From Blastocystis sp. ATCC 50177/Nand II (taxonomy: Eukaryota), in assembly GCA_039096935.1 (NCBI GenBank), contig JBBPEE010000035.1, forward strand, positions 558,001 to 622,000: a stretch of 64,000 nucleotides of DNA, read 5' to 3'. This document shows positions 51,416 to 62,800 of the stretch, piece by piece. Under the pieces are notes generated by a model. The model did no database searches, was not told the origin of the DNA, and saw only the letters and a program-made list of their open reading frames with translations. Every line of letters starts with the position of its first letter. Positions within the stretch are counted from its first letter, which is position 1. A program made the position numbers and the translations under genes.

Positions 51416-53172
51416 ACTGGAGGTATTGTTGGAGAGCGGGAGTGATGTCTAGGAATGAGGGGGAGGAGGGAGAGGAACTCTTTGTGTGGAGGGTTTTCTT
51501 GTATTGGAAAGCAAATCTCTTGTCAAGAGTGACAGTGTTAAGAGAGGGCATGTCTGTTTGTGAGGATAGAGTGAGAGGAAATACCCTCCAGAGTGATGGA
51601 ACGAAGATTACGGAATGTAAGACTGTTACTCCCTTCAGTAGTGAGTGTAGTGAGTTTAGGCAAGTCTATTCATCATCTCATTTCATCACCATCACTTCGC
51701 ATGATCAATTCACTTGATTCATCATACTTGAATTGCAATGCGTCATAACCAACTCGAATGGAAGTCAGTTCAGGCAAATCTATTCATCATTCTCTTTCTA
51801 GTAGATCCACTCTCAAACACTGCACGAGAACTATCATGGAATGCAACCTGACCAAACAGAAGTGATTTCAAACTGGGCAAGTCTATTCATCATTCCATTC
51901 TTTCAGAATCACTCTTCAATTCCAATGAAGCATAATAGAAATTGAAACTCCCTTTATGCAATTCTCCCATTTCAATCACTTCCAAAGAAGGCACATTCTC
52001 AATCTCACACACTGTGTAGTCAGAGAAGGAATAACAACCAATCTTCAGTTCTCTTAATCTCCTACAATTCTTCATAATGAAATGACGATTTGAATTATAG
52101 CCATAACTATTCTTCTTCTTCGTGAAGCTATTCTCTCCAATCACCACTCTCTCCAATTTATTCATTCCAATCAACTCCACTTTCTCCGTGTTCTCAAAAC
52201 AATCATCACCAATCTCAATGCTCTTCAACCACTTCAATTCACTCACATCAAGCACACTCCATTTAGCCACATTACAGCAGTTCGATGGAATCACAAGTTC
52301 TGTCACTCTCCTGTTCACACTCTCCCATTCATTCCAGAAGTGAATATCCACCCTCAAATCCTTCACTTTCAATCCCCAATCAAACACTTCACTCCCATCC
52401 ATCTTCACATACCAACCCTCAAACAACTCCACACTCTCCTTCAACGCGCCTCTCTCCCACTTCCCTTCTATCACCGCAATTCCCGTATTGAAGTCAATCT
52501 CACAACCTTCTCCATGTCTCAAAAACACTCTCTTCTCCTCATCAAACACATATCCTCCTTCATACACAGGATTACGATTCAACACGTTCAGATTCGATTT
52601 GCCCTCTTCAATCGCATACTCAATCATCACTTCTTCACTCTCAAACTCCTTCTCAATTTGGAACAACTCATCATTCTTCCACACTCCGCATCGCAACACT
52701 CTTCCACTTGTCTCATCAAACTCCATTCCCCTTCCTTCTCTCTTCATCGACTCCACATCACCAAAGTCACCCCTGAAAACCACCCCATTCTCTTCAACCA
52801 CCAACTCCAATCCATGTTTGCAATTCTCAATACAACGACGCTCCTTTTTACCCAATCCATTCCAATCTTCACTCCTCAGTGCCTTTCCCTTCTCATACAC
52901 TGTGAATCCACCTACCCGAACTCCATTCACTTCTTTCCAATTCATCTGAACGATTCCCTTGTAGAACAACGAACATCGGCCACTCCTCACATCTCTCACC
53001 AAATACTCATCGCAATGTTCTCCTTGATACGTCACAATCTCAACCTCCTCTCCATTAGCAACTCTCTTCTCATTTCGCTCAGTAACGTATCCATCCATCA
53101 ATATCCTCCTCATCAACTCTTCTCTTGATTCTTCTACGCATCACCATTCCAAACCAATCCAATACCCTTCAT
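51416..53172 (-). CDS. MORN-like repeat + BspA-like LRR protein, AT-rich
   Basis: FRGDF...REGRG, GVWKND, YEGGY...RHGEG, EGKWERG repeats, then LRRs; the 3' ~800 bp is a paralogous copy of 45100-45900. Confidence 0.75.
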
Positions 53173-53271
53173 CGCCAATGCAATTCTGCCCACACATCCC
53201 CTCCTCCAATTCCCATCACAGCAACAACTCCCCAATTCAAATCACACATCTTCCAACAAACACATTTCACT

Positions 53272-56191
53272 TCACACCCCCAAGAAGAACGAAGAACTGA
53301 TCCAGCTCCTCCTTCGACACTCCATTCCAATCCTTCGTCTCAAACAGCGTCTTCATCACCATCTTCATCTTCTCCTCGTTTTTCGTTGCCAGGAGTTCCT
53401 CATCAAGAGGCACATCCCTATTCTCGTGAATACAGTCATATATCTGCGTCTAACCCGCTCTTTCCACCCCTACTTCCTGGGCCCTGTCTGTAATCACGGC
53501 AAGCAATCCAAGAGACGCTGCACAACGAATACCCAGCGAATCCTGACAAATCCCATCGATGACCTGATACAGAGGCGTGATGGCTTGGGAAGCGCTTTGA
53601 TCGAGAAGCACGTTCATCTGCTGGTACTGGATGGGATGCTGGAGGTCGCGGAGGAGATCCTCCTTCAAGTAATCCGAGAAGTGGGTCGTGAGGAGAAAGA
53701 AGGAGTGCTTTACCGAAGACGCATCCAAATACTGAAGGAGGGAGAGGAAGAGCGCGATTCCATCTTCCTCTCATCTTCACCCATTGCATGTACCCTGGGG
53801 AGCAGTCTCCTTTCCGAACTCATCAATCAGCACGAGGGCGCGATTGCGCAACGTTTTGCAGATCCATGCGATGCGCGTGAGGTCTTGCGTGAAGGAGGAG
53901 TTGCTGTCCACCACACTATTCTTCACCCCCAATCAATCCTTTACGACTCGAGAGCGGTGAACTTGGTCTGAATCCTACTCATCACTCTCTCCACCCACGC
54001 CAACATGGAAAAGAGACCCAGCGTCGCTTCCTCTGCCGGCACGAAACAGCCGATCTGGTTCATGTACACGATGAGCGCCACTTGCTTCAGGTAAATCGAC
54101 TTCCCGCTGCTGTTGGGTCCCGTGATGACCGTGATGGGCGTGGAATCGAGCTACTGCGTCAGACAAACGCTCTTTCGGCACATGTGTGGGGTTGGGAATG
54201 AACCGCTCGGTGACGAGCTCCTGCAGCGGGTGCCGCCCGTTCTATCGTTCACGGTTTGGTGGGTCACAAACAGTCACACATATCACCGGGTCGTCGCTCA
54301 GCGTGGGCCGCACGAAGCCGCAGTCCGTGCAGATCGCCGCCCAGGAGGACAGCACGTCGATCTCCGCCACGGTGCCCGCCACGTCGCACAGCGCGGTGGA
54401 CAGGGACGCGAGCTTCTTGGCGAGCGTGTGCAGGATGCTGTCCTGGATGTCGGCGATGATCGCGTGGATGTCGCCGTAGTCCCTGTCCAAATTCGAGGCG
54501 ATTTCGGTTTTGTAGTAGAGCGTGTCTTCCGTGTGGAACTGGTATACGAAATCGGGAGGGAATCGGGCGTTTCTTTTCCTGAAAACCCTCTTTCATTAAT
54601 ACTGAAAGGTGCCCGGATCCGTGCCAATCTCCTGCGTGGTGCTGATGGGCACGGAGAGAACATACCCGACTACCCATCAACCCACTCGCTTCACGCCACT
54701 CAGCGGATGGAACTCGTAGCCCCAGCACTCAAAGGAGGGCAGCGTAGCCAGCTCGGGGAGGCACTGCAGGAGGGTTTGCTTGGAGGCGGCGGTGCACTCG
54801 TCGAGGATGGAGAGCAGACTGCTGTAGAGACGGCGCTGCGCGTCGAGCCGCTCGTCCACGCCCTCGCGCACCACCACCTCCCGCTGCTCCTGCGTCTGCT
54901 TGGCGTCGATCACCTGCTGCAGGAGGAGCGCCAGCTGACTCACCGCGCCGTTGCGCAGCAGCTCGGGCGTCACGGTCGCCAGCTCCGGCACCTTCGTCTT
55001 CTCCGGGTCGGTGTACTTGACCATCACCTCCAGGATGCGACCCACCTCCAGTGAGCCGAGCACCGAGTCGATCAGGCCCAGCCAGTCCTTCGGCGTGGCG
55101 CAGTGGGTGGCGATGCGCCGCACGGTGCGCGGGATGTCGCCCACGCGCTGCAGCTCCGCCTGCAGGGACTTGGTGAGCTCGAGGAGCTGCGGCTGCTGGA
55201 AGAAGGCGATGAAGTCGTGGCGAGCGGCGATCTCCTCCTTGTCGCGCGAGGGACACACCATCCACCTGCAGGTGACGCAGCGGCACGGGACTACTGCTTG
55301 AGGAGCCGACGGCCGAGCGGTGAGCGCGTCTGATCGAGGAGGCTGTAGAGAGTGAAGCCCTGCTTCTCGCGGCCCAGCCCCTTCACCAGCGAGGGGTGGG
55401 TGACGGTGGTGTAGATGTCGAGGTAGTGCAGCGAGTACTACGACTCACGGCGGACGGCGGTGCTCACGCGGTCGATCATCATGTAGCGGTCCAGCTCCAG
55501 CAGCGTGAAGGAGCGGATGGGGAGCGAGGGCGCGTCACCGTGGAAGCGCGTCTGCGCGAGGTAGGCGGTGAGGTAGCGGAGGAGGCAGCCGATGCTGCGC
55601 ACCATCTCCTTCGACTGCACGTCGAGGGAGCTCTGCAGGAGGAAGGTGCTGCGGTCCACGGAGAAGAACGCGCCGTCTTCCTCCTCCTCCTGCGTGGGCG
55701 GGGAGGTGATGGAGCGAATGAGCTCGATCGCCTGCTGGTAATCGACTGGAGGTTAGAGCATAGGGGAGGAATCACAGTTGGAGGGCTTTTGAAAGAGAAT
55801 CTGGGGAGGCGTTTCGCCGGCGAGGGCACTGCACGCTTCGTTGATGCAGTGAATCACATCCTCGGACACTTTTGCACTAGACGTGAGCCAAGAAGCGATT
55901 TGTCACTTCAGTAACACTTTGGAGGGAAAACGCTTTGAAAAGGCTAGGACTGAAGCGAATGATTGCGGTTACCATCAGTGAGGAAGAGTTCGACGCTGTC
56001 CACGAGCGATACTTGACATGTCTCCACCGATTGCTCCAGTGGGTTATACAATGCGATTCCGACACTACGGTATGATTAAAGGCATAATCACCAACTCCAT
56101 CTGCGTGATGGATAGGGAACACACAATCTACGGGGAAGCAGCACTCAGTAATGGGTACTTCATTCGTTTCGTCATCACTAACGTCCTGCAT
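53272..56191 (-). CDS. MSH5: MutS homolog 5 (meiotic MutS-gamma)
   Basis: [69 protein letters not shown]; no mismatch-binding domain seen. Confidence 0.85.
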
Positions 56192-56258
56192 AATCCTCTT
56201 TTGCCTTCCCGCCGTTTCCTTTTCCCTCCATCACAAGCAGTTGCAACAAACAGACGTT

Positions 56259-57776
56259 TCACCCACTATAATACAAGGCAGCTCCAAGACTCCAATCCAC
56301 ATTCGTGTTTCCCACATTCTTCACCAGCACCACGCGATTCGCCGTTGTGCTAGCTGCGTCTGCAATCCTTCCCAGAATCGCATCAATCCACACTCCCTGC
56401 AAGACGCGGTAGGGTAGCAACGCCTTTCCGGTGTACTTGTGGGATGATCCAATCCTCTCCTCCAGAACCCTACGATGGAGAGAGTTAAACAGGACTACTG
56501 CATTGGCACGGGAGCAATCCGTCTCCAGCACTGGGAATAGACGTCTGATTCAAACACGAGACCATCGGCAGAGGCGGGACCTTCATCGAAGAGAGCGGAC
56601 CGAACGAAGGCGCAGTAGTCACTGGCGTAGAACAGCAGGGACATGCCGAAGAAGGTCATGTTCATCTGGGGTATGCGTAGCGTTTGAAAGTCGCAGAAAT
56701 CACCCGAGCAGGCGTCTCGGTCCGCCAGTACCTTCTCCACCAACGCGGAACAGGCCTCATACTACACTTCACTTCGCAGGAAAAGAGCAACATCTCCCGT
56801 TCCGACAACGTGATGTCCTTCATACGACTCCTCGAAGCCAGCGGGATAGCATGGATGGCTATTCCGATGCTCCTTCTTCAGTTGTTGGAGAAGACGTCGG
56901 CGCAGCTGATCGGCGCCCAATGAGGAGAAGGAGCGAGTGACGAGAGTTGATTCGTTGGAGAGGAACGCAATCTCGAGGCTTGCTCCACCGAGATCGAGAG
57001 AGCCGACCGTTTGCTCTGTCTGTGAAGTGTCCGTTTTCCCTTTCTGTGAAACACTCGCCTGTTCAATCCGTTCATTACCCCCCTCCTCATTCCCTGCACC
57101 ATCCACCTGTTCATCCCCTTTAATAAGCAAGTGCTGGACGCGAGAAGCATTGGAAAGATGATTCACAGCCAACCAGCCAAAATGCGATTCCATGTCCCCT
57201 AGCACTCATATCACATGGAAAAAAAAGCACCCGTCAACACACCCGAAACGTCACCGACTACATGAAATAACCCACTTTCCTGCTGAACGCGAGCATACAC
57301 GGATTGAAGGAGAGCATCCCGTTCCTCCTCCAGCATGGAACGTAGACCACCCGTTGCAAACAAATACAGGGGAATCGAGTGAGCGGAAGCATCCACTCCG
57401 AGAATGCACCCTTCTGCCTCCCGGGTGAGATTCAGCACACTGTGGGCAGCATCGTCGAGAGCATGGACGAAGAATCTACCTCTGAAAAGACCCATTCGCT
57501 CCAACCCTAAGCCAGGCTCGATTGCGTAGATGCAGTGCTGCTTCAACTGCCCTGCTCTCCTCGAATACACGAGAAGACGACTCCCAGAGCTAGATGAAGA
57601 AAGAGAGGAGCCATCTACCTTCCCGCATCGACGATAGCAATGTACTGCGGAGCCTCTCCGTTTCCATAGAAGTGCACGCCTAATTGTCAGTCAGGCAATT
57701 GAAGCCCCACGAAGCTGCAGGATGGAGAGGAGAGCGATAAAGACGGCGAGAAGTGCGTTTCCAGTGTTGCACTGCA
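56259..57776 (-). CDS. GDA1/CD39 family apyrase (NTPDase) with N-terminal signal/anchor
   Basis: Apyrase conserved regions: IVDAGSSGSRL, ATGGLR, G.ME..FGWLAVN, GSLDLGGAS, WSLGAAL. Confidence 0.88.
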
Positions 57777-57841
57777 TTAGGCTATCTTCAAGTGGCGATG
57801 AAACGCCCTTATGGAACTTTCGACACAAAAAAGTGAATCAA

Positions 57842-58485
57842 ATGCCGAAGTTGGTGCTGAACGAATCGGGAAAGAGACTGCTGCGCGATCTGAAGAATCT
57901 GAAGAAGGATCCGCCCAATGGCATTGCTGCGGCGCCGATTGAGAATAATATCTATGTGAGTGGTTACTATTCAGCATGAAGAATAGAAATGGGAAGGCGT
58001 GATCATCGGGTGAGTCTTTGGTGGGATTGTGTAACGTGTAGGCCTGACGATAGTCCGTTTGAAGGAGGTGATGCGCGCAAAGTGCGGGTGAAGTGTAGGC
58101 GTCTTTAAACTCCTCCTCGAGTTCCAGGACAACTATCCCAACAGCGCGCCCGCCGTGAAGTTTATCACAAAGATTTTCCACCCGAATGGTGCGCAATGGA
58201 GGGGAGCGTGACGACTAGTGTACGGAGATGGCCGCATTTGTCTGGACATCCTCCAGAACCAGTGGAGCCCCGTGTACGATGTGTCCGCCGTCCTTTTATC
58301 CATCCAGGTGGGGCGTTTTCCTTTCCCGCTAATGCGTTAGTCGCTGCTGACCGATCCCAACCCCCTGTCCCCCGCGAACTACGAGGCGGCGCGGCTATAC
58401 ACAGAGAACCGCACCGAGTACAATCGCCGCGTGAAGCAGGTGATCGCGGAGAACGCCTCGCAGTTGGAGAAGGAAATGACACACT
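57842..58485 (+). CDS. UBC2: Ubiquitin-conjugating enzyme E2, Rad6/UBC2 type
   Basis: [53 protein letters not shown]; 5 short introns. Confidence 0.92.
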
Positions 58486-58489
58486 CGCG

Positions 58490-58506
58490 TGTTTGTTGAA
58501 CAAAGA
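58490..58506. terminator. Bidirectional 3'-processing element TGTTTGTT-G-AACAAAGA
   Basis: Inverted motif pair between the convergent UBC2 and PROPPIN genes. Confidence 0.7.
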
Positions 58507-58510
58507 CGGG

Positions 58511-59697
58511 AGATGGCGAGTTGCGAGGTGGTGTGCACCTTCAGCTGCATGTCGCCGCCGAGCGAAAGCCAAGAAATCTGTCCGGAAACGGACACGAGAA
58601 AGATGGACTGCGCATCCACCATGTACACGGCGCACCTGCCCATGACACATTCAACAGTCTCCTACACGTCCTCCCGCAGCTGCAGCTTGGCGATGCTCTT
58701 GCTCTCGGTGGTGAAGATGGTGGTGAGCGAGGTGGCGTTGATGTCTTCGACTCATAGCACTTCTTATTTCTCACTCTCCGACACGGCAAACAGGTACAGC
58801 ATCTGCTTGTCGCTTATGCATATCAGGTACTTCTCGTCGTTGGAGATTCTGACGGTGAGAGGCAATTTGGAGATTCACGTGAGGGAGCAAACAGTGGCCT
58901 TGTCCACGCCTCGCCGCAGGATCTGGTACTTCTCTCCACTATTCACGTTGTATAGGCGGATGAGCGTGCCTCGCTCGGAGACTGTGGCGAGTAATGAGCC
59001 CTCGTCGGAGAGTGAGATGGCGCGAACGATGTTATCATGTGCCTCCAGATGCAGCACACCCGAAGACTCGCTCTACGGCTGAGCAGAAGGGGAGTAGGCT
59101 ACGATAATGCGCAGGGACCCCTTTTCGTTTCCAGAGATCACGAACACCTTGGAGTTGGCGGCGACAACCCCGTAGCTATTCTCATAGGTGGGATACTCCT
59201 GGATCTTCTTCAGCGTCTTCAGATCGAATATATATACATGGGTGATCGTCACGACGATGATCCTACGAGTTGTATATTCAATTTTAGTGATACAATTTGT
59301 TGGTAACGCGAATACTGCTCACCTTGGTGTGAACTCGCAGTTCAGCAACGAATCGAGCCACCTTGTCATTCCATATGAGCACCTAGGCATGAGCACTCTC
59401 TTCTTTTCAAACCTACACTGTTTGGAGAAAAGAGCGGCTTTGATCCCCCTCCCACGACTGCGATGATGTTGGATTCGTCGAGTAGTTGGATGATACCGAT
59501 TCCGCCCGTGAGAAACCCTGCCAATCACCAATCCAACCGACTCTCACGCCTTGAAAACAGCCGCTGGAACGGATTGCACTGGTACACCGCGAAACCGTTG
59601 TCGAATCCGCAGGCGAGATAGGCTACACATTACACAACTAAAATCGGTCGAAACATCCGTTGTGATTGAAGGACGCACAGAGCATCTCGCCGACCAT
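58511..59697 (-). CDS. PROPPIN WD40 protein (ATG18/WIPI family, LRRG type)
   Basis: SFNH...GFDNGFAVY, AHDN.VRAI.L..EGSLLATVSERGTLIRLY, LRRG phosphoinositide-binding motif. Confidence 0.85.
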
Positions 59698-59859
59698 TGT
59701 TTCTATATCAAATCTGTAGAATAACAGGCGTTGTGCAACCCCCAGAATTCGACTATTAAAATGAAATGAAAGACGTGGGCCCTCCATGGCAACCGAAATG
59801 GCTCCGATTTGCGGCAGACCCTTTCATCTCCTTTTATGTGAATTCCCACGTTCAATACG

Positions 59860-62800
59860 ATGTCTGCGACAATAACAGATGAATCGTTGTTGAACAATCT
59901 GCGGGATTTGAGTGTTGATCTTCCAGTCGTATCACTCTTCATGCAAACGGATGATCTCGTAGTTGCTTCAGCACGTAAAGGCCACGTACGATAACATGTA
60001 CGTCTTTCAGAAAAACGAGAGTATCCAATCGCTCTTTGATCTGATTGAGGGCGTCCTCGCTTTCATCCCGGTGTCGTTCGTGGACGACTACGCATACCGC
60101 ATTCGAAAGTGCGATTTGTTCGGAGATGGCTGAACGACTAGCAATTGCTACCAAATCTTCAAGAAAATGCTTTCAAAGGGAATATCAGACAAGACACTGC
60201 GCAGTCGCATGCTCAATCTCGCCTTTTCCGTACCCCCTCACGATGCGCTTGACTGTAGTGCTTTGCGAAGGAGAATGAAATGAACGGGTACGTGCTGATC
60301 AAGGTCATCGAGTACCTTCTCGTGATCGCGGACTCGATTCCCCAGGAGGTGGGCGACGCCTTCCTGACGCAGGTGGAGGCGATTTGCAGCCACTTCGGCC
60401 CCTCCTCCCTCGATTTTGCTCACGTACGTCCAGTCCCCTCCATTCACAGTAGGCGTCCTCCGACTCCCTCAACCCGCTACAGTCGCCGTCTCTGGCTCCC
60501 CGCGTGTCCAGCCGTACTCTCTTCCTCCCCTTCTCACGTAGCCTCTTCTCCGCTGTTGGCAGCGTCAGCATCTGCGTCTGCATCAGCATCTGCATCAATA
60601 TCCACTTCGGAACACCCGGAAGGACTGCAGCGCAGACGCTCACTCTCCGTGGACATCGTGGTGAAGAAGACCACGGCGCTGCAGCCGGACGAGATGAAGA
60701 CCATCACCGTAGATATAAGGGATGACGCTGAGGCCTAGCGGACCACGATCGCCCCGATCTCCGCCTCCATCATCCTGGTGGACCGCTGCATCGTCGTGGC
60801 CATCCGCCTGCTGCGCCTCTTCCCGGAGCTGGCGGCGAAGCACAAGGAGCCGCTGCTACGTGGGTGTGCGTGTCGCTGCTGACGGCTAGAGGCGCTGTAC
60901 ACGATGATGTGCTGCGAGCTCATCCGGCCGTCCGCGACGACGGAGAAGCAGTACGCGCTGTACCTGCGCGTGCTGAGCTACTCCATCTACTACACGACCA
61001 CCATCCTCAAGAGCTACAAGGTCACCAACGCCGCCTTCTACGAGCGGCTGGCGAGCAACGTGACCAGTCTCCTCGTCCTCTACCCCAAGCAGAACGTGCC
61101 CTCCGCGCCTGTCCGTCACGCGTAGAAGGAGATCCGCGAGAGCCTCACGACCGACCTGCTGATGCTGGCCTCCATCCCCGCCGTGGCGCCCTCCTTCGCG
61201 CCCAGCCTGCCGCTCTTCCTCATGGGCGGCATCCTGTTCGACGACAACCCGCTGTCCGGTCCCACCGTCTCCGAGAGCGGCTTCAACGCCACCAGCACCA
61301 TCATCCTCTCCTGCCGCAACGCGCTGTCGCTCTTCGCCATCCAGTGCATCGTCTTCCGCTACGCCTCCTACATCGAGAGCCCGCAGGCCAGCTTCCGCAT
61401 GGCGCGCAAGATGATCAACCTGCTCACGCAGCTCATCCCCGTGCTGAAGGAGCACGCCAAGACCCACCGGAAGGACGTGCGTAGGCGCTGGTGGTGCGCG
61501 TGAGGCGTAGTGGTGATTCTTCGCCGCATGATGCTGTCATATGTGCGGAAGGTCGAGGACCTGCGGCTGATCGTGAAGCACGTTAACATATTAGTGAGCG
61601 GTGAGGCGTAGAACGGGCGGATCCAGCAGCTGAAGAAGGACTACAACCAGTACCTGCAGGAGAACACGCGCTTCCGCGACTTCTGCGAGAGCCGCGTGTC
61701 GGTCGCGCCCACGCCCGGCTACGACGAGAGCGGCACGCGCGTGATGCCGCCATACCCGGAGACGGAGATCGGCGACATCGAGGTGAAGGAGTCGCGGTCG
61801 AACACGCTGTCGCTGCTGCAGCAGTTCTACGTCGGCATCAACCGCATCATCGAGTTCTTCATGGCGCCGGGTTCCCGACCCACCTCGCCCGCCTTCCGCG
61901 GGAACTCGCCGGCCGTGGGGACGAGCGACGCGCCAGCGGCCGGTGCGACCAGTATGGCGCAGAACGCGGGGCTGTCGCCGCTGCAGGGCGCGGAGGACCC
62001 GGCGTTCGACATCTCCATCTCGGAGTTCACGATCCTGATCTACCGGTACCTGATCGGGCTGTTCGACTGCAGCGAGCTGTTCATGGTGGACGAGAACCGC
62101 AGCAAGGAGATGGTGCGCGTGCGCGGGCGGCGTGAGGTGTAGATGGAGCAGATCGTGCGGTGCTACTCGGAGGTGGTGAGCCAGCTTCCCGGAAGCAGCA
62201 AGCGACGCATCCTCAGCACGGCGTTCCCGCACCTGTACACGCAGATGAAGCAGAACCCGCTGCTGATCGAGTTCGTGCGGAACATCGTGATGAAGGCCAA
62301 GAACACACACTACACCTCCATCGTGCTCATCGACTTCATCGCCAACCACATGGACGTGGCGGCCGCGGGCGGGCGTCAGCCGTAGGAGTTCGTCAAGGAC
62401 ACCAACAACCCGCCGGTGCTGCTCACGCTGTTCAAGCTGTTCTGCTCGCGGCTGTCCTTCGCCGTCTCCGAGGAGGTGGTGCTGCGCCCCTACTATCGCG
62501 TGCGTGCGGCGAGGCGGCGTGAGGCGTAGCGCATCCTGAAGGAGTGCATCCAGCGCCTGGTGAACACGCAGAACTGGCGGCCGTACCTGGACCTGCTCTT
62601 CTGCTTCTTCAGCGTCTTCCAGCACAACAAGCTCACCGAGATCCCCAAGGACATCCCGCTGATCCTGAAGGACCTGATTCCGCAGCTGATCCACATGGAG
62701 CGCGTCTGCGGCAACTCCCACCTGCGCGAGTGCATCCTGGAGATCGTGCTGCACCTGCCGCTGCCCATGACCGGCACGCTGTTCAACTACTTCATCCCCA

